This document shows, one piece after another, positions 1 to 8,064 of a stretch of 64,000 nt of DNA; within the stretch, counting starts at the first letter, position 1, and every line of letters begins with the position of its first letter. The stretch spans positions 141,795 through 205,794 of the forward strand of contig CAZXUJ010000001.1 in assembly GCA_964643995.1 (NCBI GenBank). The letters run 5' to 3'. Source of the stretch: an uncultured Candidatus Saccharibacteria bacterium. GTDB lineage: Bacteria; Patescibacteriota; WWE3; UBA101185; UBA10185. The notes beneath the pieces are model-generated. The model saw nothing but the letters and a program-made list of their open reading frames with translations, was not told the DNA's origin and ran no database searches. The position numbers and the translations under genes are program-made.

Positions 1-1
1 T

Positions 2-262
2 AAAATTGATATAGAATCTCCAAAAAACAACGATGTCGTAAGGAACCTCAATAAAAGAGTTTTTATTAAAGGCAAAATCTCGGAGAAAGCTACGATTACT
101 ATTAATGACAAGTTGGCGGTACTTAGGCCAGATTTTACGTTTGAGTTTCCGTTAGGCGTAGAGCCAGGAAAAAGGGAAATAAAGATCAAAGCAGTAGACG
201 AAGCAGGAAACTCCTCCGAGGAAACCTTTACGATTACATATCTCCAGGAGAGTGAAAACTAG
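2..262 (+). CDS. 3' end of an upstream gene, partial. The C-terminal fragment looks like an Ig-like surface protein (...KAVDEAGNSSEETFTITYLQESEN*).
   Basis: Translating frame 2 gives an open frame from the window edge to TAG at 260-262. The VDEAGNS motif resembles bacterial Ig-like/cadherin-like repeats. Confidence 0.35.
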   Translation, partial: KIDIESPKNNDVVRNLNKRVFIKGKISEKATITINDKLAVLRPDFTFEFPLGVEPGKREIKIKAVDEAGNSSEETFTITYLQESEN

Positions 263-1439
263 TGGACTCAATCAGTCCAAATAACAAAAGTAAGACGAAT
301 AGTATCTGAGGATAAAAGAGAGAGTTAATGAACATAGACTGCAGGAGCAATCCTAACAATATGGCCAGAGTCGCGAAGTTGTAACCACACTTTCTATTCA
401 CATATGCCTTTAGTGTGAAAAAGATGTAACTTAGCATATAAAAGCCCATCCCAACTACACCGGTAGTAGCAAAAACAAATAATAAGCTTGCATCCGAGCC
501 AGCTCCAGAATTTCCACCTAAGGTTCCAAGTTCAATAAAACCATAGCGTTGCTGAACATACCGAAAAGCATTGTAACCAATGCCAAAGATAAAATTATCC
601 TTTACAATCTCGACGGTATTATTCCAAGATATCAATCTAAAGTGAGCTGAGTCTGCAGGGTCAGTAATGCCAGAAATACGTGTTTGAATCCTTGGTACCG
701 CAATATATGCCGAAAAAACCAGTATACCAGCAACCGCTAACAACCACTTTGTACGATAGAGGCCATACATTAAAACCACGACACTCAGCAACAACCATCC
801 ACTACGGGAGAATGTCAAAATGATCGAAACAAGCAAAAAAAACATACATAGTAGTAAGTAAAGCGATGGTTTCTTGGTGTTAATTATCTGCTCAAAAGCA
901 AACGTAACACTTATTACTAAATAGGCGGCTACAAAGTTTGGGTCGAAGAAAGTAGAGGCCAAACGATTTTTATGAGGATCCCAGCCAAGAGAAGAGTCTA
1001 AAACCTCAAAGTCAGGCAAAATAAACAACTGCAAAACTCCGAAAACACCAACTAGCACTCCTGATATAACAATCATTCTGGCAAGTACCTCGCATGTAAG
1101 AACCTTCATTGTTAGCATGTTGTATACAACAACTCCCGCTAAGAAGTAAAAAAAAAGCCTAGCTAAATAAAAAAAAGTAATGAAAAGCTGAGAAAGTTGA
1201 TAGTGATGAAAATTAATGAGTAAAGAAACTGCAGCAGCAAAAATAAAAAACAAAAAAAACGAAAATCCTTGCGGTAAATAAAATTTTTTTGAGAGTAACA
1301 ACTGAAAAACACCGACTAATGCGAATAGTATGACCCCTATATCAAAAAGATATATGTTTAGCCCTGAAGACTTGTTCAAAGCTGTAAACTGCGCGAGAGT
1401 CATTAAAGCAAAAACAATGTAAAGCAAAGTTTTAAGCAT
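234..1439 (-). CDS. O-antigen ligase/polymerase family membrane protein (Wzy_C/WaaL-like).
   Basis: Polytopic membrane protein with an SRSGW motif and an H..NN..E..G.GxN loop typical of Wzy_C. The start was chosen at the internal MLKTLLYIV (1439) so it does not overlap the upstream flippase. The longest ORF extends to 1580. Confidence 0.55.
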   Translation of the reverse strand: MLKTLLYIVFALMTLAQFTALNKSSGLNIYLFDIGVILFALVGVFQLLLSKKFYLPQGFSFFLFFIFAAAVSLLINFHHYQLSQLFITFFYLARLFFYFLAGVVVYNMLTMKVLTCEVLARMIVISGVLVGVFGVLQLFILPDFEVLDSSLGWDPHKNRLASTFFDPNFVAAYLVISVTFAFEQIINTKKPSLYLLLCMFFLLVSIILTFSRSGWLLLSVVVLMYGLYRTKWLLAVAGILVFSAYIAVPRIQTRISGITDPADSAHFRLISWNNTVEIVKDNFIFGIGYNAFRYVQQRYGFIELGTLGGNSGAGSDASLLFVFATTGVVGMGFYMLSYIFFTLKAYVNRKCGYNFATLAILLGLLLQSMFINSLFYPQILFVLLLLFGLIESTSFHSPGDM

Positions 1440-2724
1440 ATTTTTTAGTCCATGTTTTCTTAGCAAAGTATAGTAGAAAAGCCAGTAAGATAAGCTCGGA
1501 TATCCAAGTGATAGCAGCAGAGGCATAGAAGGAATATTTTGGAATGAACATGAGATTACAAACCAGATTAAAGACGGCACCTATAACATAAATAAACGGC
1601 AATATTCGTTGGTTTTCAAGTGTAACAAGTAACCATGCAATAGGCTGTGTTATATAAAACACCGGAAGTCCTAGAAGCAGAAGACGTAATACAGTCACCG
1701 ATTGGCTAAATTCACTACCACCAAGAATAAGGACAGCGATAGGTGCGAATAGTGCACCAAGTACAGTGCCTAACATGCCCAAAAGGAACAGCGTAAGTGT
1801 AGTCTTTAAAAATGTCTGTTTGAATTTATCAACATTTTCCGCCAAGTGACTTACAAAGATCGGGTACGTAGCATTCATAAGAAAAGTGGGCACCACGAGT
1901 GCGACTTCGAAAATCTTGTAAGGAAGGCTATAAATTGCTACTGTTTCGGTGTTATTTAAACCGTATTCAGCGGGAAGTTTTGCGAGCGACAGCAGTATAG
2001 AGTCAGCTTTAAAGTTCACTTGACTAAACACAAACATTAAACCTAAGGGCAAACTTTGAATCACAAGGTATTTAATTAATGCTTTGTCTATACTAACTAC
2101 TTGGCGAAGGTCAATTAACTTTGAAAGGAGAAGTAGGTTAATTATGAATGTAAGAAAACCTCCGACAATATAACTTGCATTTACCCACATTATGTCCAAA
2201 CCCTTACCAGTTGTAAAAAGAACCAGACAAAGGATCGCCAAACTTCCAATTACATACCCTGTAACGGATAGGTCATAACGAAGTTTAGCCTGAAATATGA
2301 CGTTTGTAGTTGTATATAGTGCCTGCGTAAGTATCAGAAACAGACTCAAATACAGTCCAAGTTTTAAGCTAGCACTATATGGGAAAAAGCTTATTGAAAT
2401 ACCAACCAAACACATTAAAAATAAAGAAGTTAATATTCTTATGAAAAGTATATTACCGAGGTACTTTTCAGCTTTTGAAAAGTCTTTAGCCAATTCTCTA
2501 GTTGAAATGGCATTAAAACCAAAATCGGCAATTATAAAAAATAAGCCTGGAACATTCTGCATTAGACTAAATTCGCCATAACCTTCCCTACCATAATATC
2601 TAGCTATCAGTATTGTAGCTAAAACTGTGATAGACATGCTTACCAGTTTGCCTATCAACTGGTACAGAGTGTTATTAAAGACTTTAATTGTTGTGCTAGA
2701 TTGCGTCATCACACGTACCTTCAA
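1432..2724 (-). CDS. Oligosaccharide flippase of the Wzx/MOP superfamily.
   Basis: About 12 TM segments with a polysaccharide-biosynthesis-protein N-terminus (ARYYGREGYGEFSL...). It sits next to a ligase and hydrolases. Confidence 0.65.
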   Translation of the reverse strand: MKVRVMTQSSTTIKVFNNTLYQLIGKLVSMSITVLATILIARYYGREGYGEFSLMQNVPGLFFIIADFGFNAISTRELAKDFSKAEKYLGNILFIRILTSLFLMCLVGISISFFPYSASLKLGLYLSLFLILTQALYTTTNVIFQAKLRYDLSVTGYVIGSLAILCLVLFTTGKGLDIMWVNASYIVGGFLTFIINLLLLSKLIDLRQVVSIDKALIKYLVIQSLPLGLMFVFSQVNFKADSILLSLAKLPAEYGLNNTETVAIYSLPYKIFEVALVVPTFLMNATYPIFVSHLAENVDKFKQTFLKTTLTLFLLGMLGTVLGALFAPIAVLILGGSEFSQSVTVLRLLLLGLPVFYITQPIAWLLVTLENQRILPFIYVIGAVFNLVCNLMFIPKYSFYASAAITWISELILLAFLLYFAKKTWTKKYA

Positions 2725-3874
2725 TCATCCGCTCGATAAGTATCTGAGGCTTGCCAGAGACCTTTTCTAGCCCCTTTACTACCTCGAAATGGGCATACGG
2801 GACATTATCCGAGTTCACCCAAGAAAAGTGATCATATGGGGGATTATAGCGTATTGTAAAAGGCATTACAGCTACCACACGGTCATCTTTTAGCCAGATA
2901 TCCTCATAGGCCGTAGCAAAATTTTCACCAACAGTTTGTACAGGTAAGAAACTGGCGTTATATACATCACCTTCCGCATGCGCCCAACCAGTCTCGGTTA
3001 TGAAAACTGGCAACTCCTTAGACACATTAAGCTCAGTTTCAAGAAACGCTAGCTCCACTTCATAAGCTCGTATTCCCCAGCGACCCTTGGTGTAAGGATC
3101 ACCAGAGAAATTTGGTTGAGGGTAAGAGTGAGACGCCCACCCATCAAGTTTGCTAAACACACCAGGCTCGGCGGCATCCATTTTTCTCATAAACTCAAGC
3201 GCATCCATATAACCACCCCCGTCTGAAGCACTTATGTTCAGGGCACCATTCAACATGTAGAAATCTTCATGGACTTTCTTGAAGGCATCAATAGTATAGC
3301 TGAGTATTTCAACATATTCTTCAGGATCTACATACCCATGCCAAAACTTGGAATCATTAGGTTCGTTGTACACACTTATGAAACGCTGTTTAACCGGCCA
3401 CACGAAGGTATTTAGGAATTCTGCGGCCTCTAAGGTCTGGGTTTCATAATCGTCTGGATTGACATCATGTAACTGTATTACAGGTATCAAATGCTTATTT
3501 TTTAATTCGGCAAATAATTCGCGCCATTTTGGGTAATCCTGGTCCTGTATGTTATATGGGACCAGCACATATCCCCAGTCACCGCCGTTTGAGTTCACTA
3601 AATCGTCAGCTAAATCAAGAAACTCCTTATTCTCAGCATAAATGTATAGACCAAACTTGTTATTTTTCTCAAACAAAGGTCTTGAAGTATCGTAAAATGA
3701 ATACTTGATTGTTGGAGTCTCGGCGCAAGACACCACAGATGCCAGTCCCATAGAAGAGTTTGTGATAAAAGGCTTGAAATCCCCAATTTGTGTAGAAAAA
3801 TCGACAAACTGTAAGACAACAACTAGAATTATAAATGTGCTAACACAAGATAATATAATTAGTCTTTTTAGCAT
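2696..3874 (-). CDS. Clan GH-A (GH5-like) glycoside hydrolase with a signal anchor.
   Basis: Acid/base motif VYNEPND and nucleophile motif FITETGW are present. An N-terminal hydrophobic anchor (MLKRLIILSCVSTFIILVVVL) is taken as the start. The longest ORF extends to 3952. Confidence 0.55.
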   Translation of the reverse strand: MLKRLIILSCVSTFIILVVVLQFVDFSTQIGDFKPFITNSSMGLASVVSCAETPTIKYSFYDTSRPLFEKNNKFGLYIYAENKEFLDLADDLVNSNGGDWGYVLVPYNIQDQDYPKWRELFAELKNKHLIPVIQLHDVNPDDYETQTLEAAEFLNTFVWPVKQRFISVYNEPNDSKFWHGYVDPEEYVEILSYTIDAFKKVHEDFYMLNGALNISASDGGGYMDALEFMRKMDAAEPGVFSKLDGWASHSYPQPNFSGDPYTKGRWGIRAYEVELAFLETELNVSKELPVFITETGWAHAEGDVYNASFLPVQTVGENFATAYEDIWLKDDRVVAVMPFTIRYNPPYDHFSWVNSDNVPYAHFEVVKGLEKVSGKPQILIERMIEGTCDDAI

Positions 3875-3896
3875 ATTCAAATTATATAATGGATCT

Positions 3897-5144
3897 ATGC
3901 ATAACGCAGTTAAACTAACCTCACTAATATACATTACAGCGTTTGTTCTCATGCTTGGTAATGTGTTACTTAGCTTATCAAAAGATCAGTATGTTCAAAT
4001 ATCGCCACTTAATGATGGTTTTAGTGTTTTCGCACTTGCAAACGAGTACAAACCGCATAAAGAATACAAAGTATACGGCTTTCTACCCTACTGGAAACTA
4101 AACAAGACAGAATATATACAACTAGATAAATTAACTGATATAGCTTATTTCGCATTGAGTATAGAGGCAGATGGGTCAATACGAAAATACAACGATGATG
4201 GAACAATAGACCCTGGATATAACCAGTGGGTTAACAACAAAGAACTTGATAACCTTATAGAAAGTGCGAAAGCACACCAGGTTAATGTTGCGCTTACCAT
4301 AATTTCTCACGACGATGAGATTTCAGATACTTTTCTTGATTGCGAAAAATGCTGGGAAAAAGCAACTACAGAAATAATTGCACAGTTAGAGACAAAAAAC
4401 ATTACAGATCTTAATCTCGATTTTGAATATGTAGGATATCCAGAACCAGACAAAACAGAAAAATACACTAGATTCATTGCTCTAGTAAACAACAAACTTG
4501 ATAAAAAGTTTGGCAAGGCTACTGTAACCGTGTCTACTTTCGCAGACTCTAGTATAAAACCACGAATAACTAACCCAGAAGAACTGGCCTTGGTGACAGA
4601 TCAACTTTTTGTAATGGCCTACGACTTCCACTACCCTAACTCTGACCGAGCTGGCCCCGTCGCACCTATAAATAGAGATCCAGCATATACATCATACGAC
4701 ATCAATACCATGCTAAGAGATTATTTGAAAACTATTCCCCCAAACAAGTTAATACTTGGGGTTCCTTACTACGGATACAACTGGATCGTAGAAGAACCCA
4801 CTCCATTTGCTGTACGTATACCAGGAGATGATTATATAGGGTATACGATTTCAGAAACGTATGAGGGATTGATGGACAGGATTCTGGAAACACAACCACA
4901 GGTGCAATGGGACACCACAGCAAAGGTACCTTACTTTACGTATATCAGTGAAAGTACAGGACATTATAGAGTTGTGTATTTCGAGAATACCGACTCATTG
5001 AAAGCTAAGTACGACTTGGCAAAATCCTACCAACTTGGCGGTGTTGGAATATGGGCGTTAGGCTATGATGGGGGTTATCAAGAACTATGGAACTTAATAC
5101 AAAAAGAGTTTAGCATTGGTGGTAGTCAAATTTCATTAAAATAA
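3897..5144 (+). CDS. GH18 family glycosyl hydrolase (chitinase/YaaH-like) with a signal anchor.
   Basis: YGFLPYW, a variant DxxxDxE motif (TDLNLDFEY), MAYDFHYP and LGVPYYGY match GH18 conserved blocks. The start was taken at the MHNAVKLTSLIYITAFVL anchor. The ORF track begins at 3705, which overlaps the divergent gene. Confidence 0.55.
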   Translation: MHNAVKLTSLIYITAFVLMLGNVLLSLSKDQYVQISPLNDGFSVFALANEYKPHKEYKVYGFLPYWKLNKTEYIQLDKLTDIAYFALSIEADGSIRKYNDDGTIDPGYNQWVNNKELDNLIESAKAHQVNVALTIISHDDEISDTFLDCEKCWEKATTEIIAQLETKNITDLNLDFEYVGYPEPDKTEKYTRFIALVNNKLDKKFGKATVTVSTFADSSIKPRITNPEELALVTDQLFVMAYDFHYPNSDRAGPVAPINRDPAYTSYDINTMLRDYLKTIPPNKLILGVPYYGYNWIVEEPTPFAVRIPGDDYIGYTISETYEGLMDRILETQPQVQWDTTAKVPYFTYISESTGHYRVVYFENTDSLKAKYDLAKSYQLGGVGIWALGYDGGYQELWNLIQKEFSIGGSQISLK

Positions 5145-5695
5145 TGGCAACACAAAAGAATTTTATCAAAAGCTTTTTTGCAGACTTCACTGAAGTACTA
5201 ATAATAGGTATCGCTGTTTTTGCATTGGCCTGGGTGTTTCTTGCAGAACCTTTAGAGGTAACAGGGGAATCAATGGAACCTACTTTGCACAATAAGGAAC
5301 AAATACTTGTTGAAAAGATTTCAATGAACTTTGATGAGTTACAAAGAGGCGACATTATAGTTTTTAACAGCCCGGAAAACCCCAAAGTACTAGTTATAAA
5401 AAGAATAATTGGTATACCAGGAGACATTGTAACAATTCAAAGAAACGCAGTTTTTTTAAACGGACAGCAACTTGAGGAGACCTATTTGGAGAAGGGTATG
5501 TTAACCGAGGCTAAAGATATGTTGGCAGAAGGTGTAAAAACACAGGTACCATTTAAATCATATATTGTACTAGGAGATAATAGAACAAATAGCACAGACT
5601 CTCGAGATTTTGGACCTATAAAAGAAGAGGAAATAGTCGGAAAAGCAATACTGATCTATTACCCATTTTCAAGCAATAGAATGCTTACGAATTAG
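5144..5695 (+). CDS. lepB: Signal peptidase I (S26 family).
   Basis: N-terminal TM, a GESMEPTL serine box, and [14 protein letters not shown] conserved box E. Confidence 0.8.
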   Translation: MATQKNFIKSFFADFTEVLIIGIAVFALAWVFLAEPLEVTGESMEPTLHNKEQILVEKISMNFDELQRGDIIVFNSPENPKVLVIKRIIGIPGDIVTIQRNAVFLNGQQLEETYLEKGMLTEAKDMLAEGVKTQVPFKSYIVLGDNRTNSTDSRDFGPIKEEEIVGKAILIYYPFSSNRMLTN

Positions 5696-5945
5696 CTATA
5701 ACGTCAATTCTCTTTCTAGATCGTGTTGTGTTAACAAAGGCAACAACACCGTCAGCTACTGAAAATATCGTGTAATCTTTGCCCATACCAACATTACTAC
5801 CCGGAAGATATGTCTGCCCTCTTTGTCGAACTATGATTTGACCTGGTTTCACAATATCTCCACCGTAAACTTTTATACCAAGTCTTTTACCTGCAACATT
5901 ACCACCTTGTTTTGCTTTGGCTCCTGCAGCCTTTTTATGTGCCAT
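5685..5945 (-). CDS. rpmA: 50S ribosomal protein L27.
   Basis: [29 protein letters not shown]... is the canonical L27 sequence. Confidence 0.9.
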   Translation of the reverse strand: MAHKKAAGAKAKQGGNVAGKRLGIKVYGGDIVKPGQIIVRQRGQTYLPGSNVGMGKDYTIFSVADGVVAFVNTTRSRKRIDVIANS

Positions 5946-5957
5946 AGTGTCTTATAG

Positions 5958-6371
5958 TTAAGCCTTTTTAGCTTTTGCTGTTTTTGTTGCGGCTGTAGTC
6001 TTGGGCTTTGCAACTTTAACGGCTGGTTTCTTCTTTTCAGAAGACTCTGGCTTACTTTCAGTACCTTTCTTACTGTTACTAATAGATTCAACTTTTACAA
6101 CTGTTAACGGTTGACGATGTCCCTTTTTCTTTCTATAACGAGATTTGCTCTTATAACGAGCTACTACAACCTTATCTCCCATTTTGTCTGAAACATGAGT
6201 TAATTTTACAGCTACAGTAGCAAGTACAGGGTCACCTAAAGTGACTTCTTTACCATCAGAAAAAAGTAGTACTTCGGGCACTAAATCGCTTTGACGGTCG
6301 ATTTCAAATGTTAGCCCTTCTGTGACCATCATTTGCTTTCCATTAAGTTGTATAATTGCATACTTATCCAT
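5958..6371 (-). CDS. rplU: 50S ribosomal protein L21 with a Lys/Ala-rich C-terminal extension.
   Basis: MDKYAIIQLNGKQ..ARYKSKSRYRKKKGHRQ is the L21 core. The start was chosen at MDKYAI. A C-terminal tail of about 40 aa is K/A/T-rich (KPAVKVAKPKTTAATKTAKAKKA). Confidence 0.85.
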   Translation of the reverse strand: MDKYAIIQLNGKQMMVTEGLTFEIDRQSDLVPEVLLFSDGKEVTLGDPVLATVAVKLTHVSDKMGDKVVVARYKSKSRYRKKKGHRQPLTVVKVESISNSKKGTESKPESSEKKKPAVKVAKPKTTAATKTAKAKKA

Positions 6372-6387
6372 AAGCAGAGAGATAATA

Positions 6388-6690
6388 CTATAAATATTTT
6401 GTTGTATCAAGGACCGGGAGGTTTTCGACCAAATCTAGAGAGTCATCACCCGCAATACGATTTTTCCGTTGAAAGCCACATTTCACACATTCGTGAACGA
6501 TTACTTCCTCACCGTCGAGTTTTAAAACTTTGCCTATGGGCGTCATATCACCATTGCACGAAGACTTGCGGTCACCTACCTGCTCATCAACATGCAGGGA
6601 ATGCAAGCAAAATGGACAATGGTTTCTGTTTTTTGTACCGGGTGCCTGAAGGGAAACCTTTTCTTTACAATAGAAGCAAATAAATGTCAT
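6388..6690 (-). CDS. Small zinc-ribbon protein with an RNHCP domain.
   Basis: CxxC...RNHCPFC...H...C..C arrangement. It lies immediately upstream of rplU. Confidence 0.45.
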   Translation of the reverse strand: MTFICFYCKEKVSLQAPGTKNRNHCPFCLHSLHVDEQVGDRKSSCNGDMTPIGKVLKLDGEEVIVHECVKCGFQRKNRIAGDDSLDLVENLPVLDTTKYL

Positions 6691-6696
6691 GGGACC

Positions 6697-8040
6697 CTAG
6701 TTTGAGCCAACTATCATCAAAACATCATAAGTAGCTGTTTCATCTAGGCCATACGCTACAGTTGTGGAATAAGTATCCTTTAGATCTTCTACTAAAATCT
6801 TTTCAAAGTCTTTTTTAGAGTCTTTTATCCGTAGCAAGGTCGTGGTTCTTCCAGACTCATCGGCATTGCCTATACCCTCCACTTTGTAGCCCTTTTCCTC
6901 AAGAAAGGTTTGAGCCTTACCAGCGATACCAGCAATACCGGCACCATTTTCGACACGAATGATTAAATCGGATTTATTTAGAACAACTGGAGATACTACA
7001 GGTTCTTCGGGGATAGAGGGCGTTGTAGGCGTTACAGGCGGAGTGTTGACTTGCTCACTAAGTACATTTGGTGAGGTTTCATCTACTTGGTGCGAGTTGA
7101 GTTTCCAAAAACCAATTCCTCCAAGTAATGTCAGTAATAAAACTGTGACCCCGACATACACTAAGGATGTAGTCTTTTTCACAACGACGGGCACAGGTAA
7201 AAGATTTAGTAAATTAATCTGGGTAGACAAATAATCAGGGTTCATATCAAGCAAATAAACTGCCAACAAATGTGTTTCATAACCCACAGCCTCATTATTT
7301 TCACCACTTAAACCAGCTAAAGGATTCACCTCAAAACTCGGATCAAGCTCAACATTAGTTTCTGCTATGGTGTAAACACTGTTAATAGGATCATTACGTT
7401 TATAGACCGATAATTGTTGTACTAAGCCCCTTATTTCTTCCAAGCTTTTCTCCACACCAAGCTCCTCACAATAATAAATCCCATTCAGCTCAGCCAGTGC
7501 GATGATATTTCTTGTCTGATTTTTTATCAAGAAAACACAAGGATCATTTGAAGTCAAAAATTTAGGTAGTAATAAAACCCACGGTATTACAGCTTTAAGT
7601 GACATTCCCAGACCAGAACTAATTTGAACGTATTGCTCCAGATCAGCTTTACGCATAGCAACGAACTGATATACAAAAGGGGCTATTTTCTGATAGGAAA
7701 AATAAATATCATCGATAGAAACGCCAATACTATTTAATTTTTCTTTGGCACTTTCGACTATCCGTAGATCCACATCCTCAGTTGATTTGTCCAAAACAAT
7801 AAATCTCATCAACACCTCGGAGGGTTCAACAAGGAACACAATCTCCCGCTTCTGTATATTAGCTAATGTAAATTGGCCTAAAGAATCTTTTATGAAATTT
7901 GTGTACGCATCTAAGTCAAGTATTTTAGAATCACGGACGGTAGTAGAGGAAACCTCAAAAGATTTACCTTCGAAACCATCTTTACCTGCTGCACTGATCC
8001 TTAACTGATTTTTACTGAGAGAAATTATAAGGTCTTTCAT
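6697..8040 (-). CDS. Membrane protein with a cytoplasmic N-domain, one TM, a Pro/Thr-rich linker and a C-terminal LytR_C domain.
   Basis: The C-terminus (LIIRVENGAGIAGIAGKAQTFLEEKGYKV...TTTLL) matches LytR_C. A central TM (LVYVGVTVLLLTLLGGIGFW) and a PVTPTTPSIPEEP linker are present. The N-domain is of unknown fold. Confidence 0.5.
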   Translation of the reverse strand: MKDLIISLSKNQLRISAAGKDGFEGKSFEVSSTTVRDSKILDLDAYTNFIKDSLGQFTLANIQKREIVFLVEPSEVLMRFIVLDKSTEDVDLRIVESAKEKLNSIGVSIDDIYFSYQKIAPFVYQFVAMRKADLEQYVQISSGLGMSLKAVIPWVLLLPKFLTSNDPCVFLIKNQTRNIIALAELNGIYYCEELGVEKSLEEIRGLVQQLSVYKRNDPINSVYTIAETNVELDPSFEVNPLAGLSGENNEAVGYETHLLAVYLLDMNPDYLSTQINLLNLLPVPVVVKKTTSLVYVGVTVLLLTLLGGIGFWKLNSHQVDETSPNVLSEQVNTPPVTPTTPSIPEEPVVSPVVLNKSDLIIRVENGAGIAGIAGKAQTFLEEKGYKVEGIGNADESGRTTTLLRIKDSKKDFEKILVEDLKDTYSTTVAYGLDETATYDVLMIVGSN

Positions 8041-8064
8041 ACTACAAATAAGAGTATAAATAGA

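Noticed and set aside
2297-2581. 94-aa ORF antisense within the flippase gene, and similar 60-130-aa ORFs at 3610-3822, 4021-4206, 8642-8938, 9138-9906, 13381-13771, 15624-15929, 16755-17024, 28471-30324, 40134-41195, 43542-43913 and others.
   Set aside because: All lie antisense to, or in alternate frames of, long well-supported genes. They have biased or odd composition and no recognisable motifs. They are expected spurious ORFs in AT-rich DNA.
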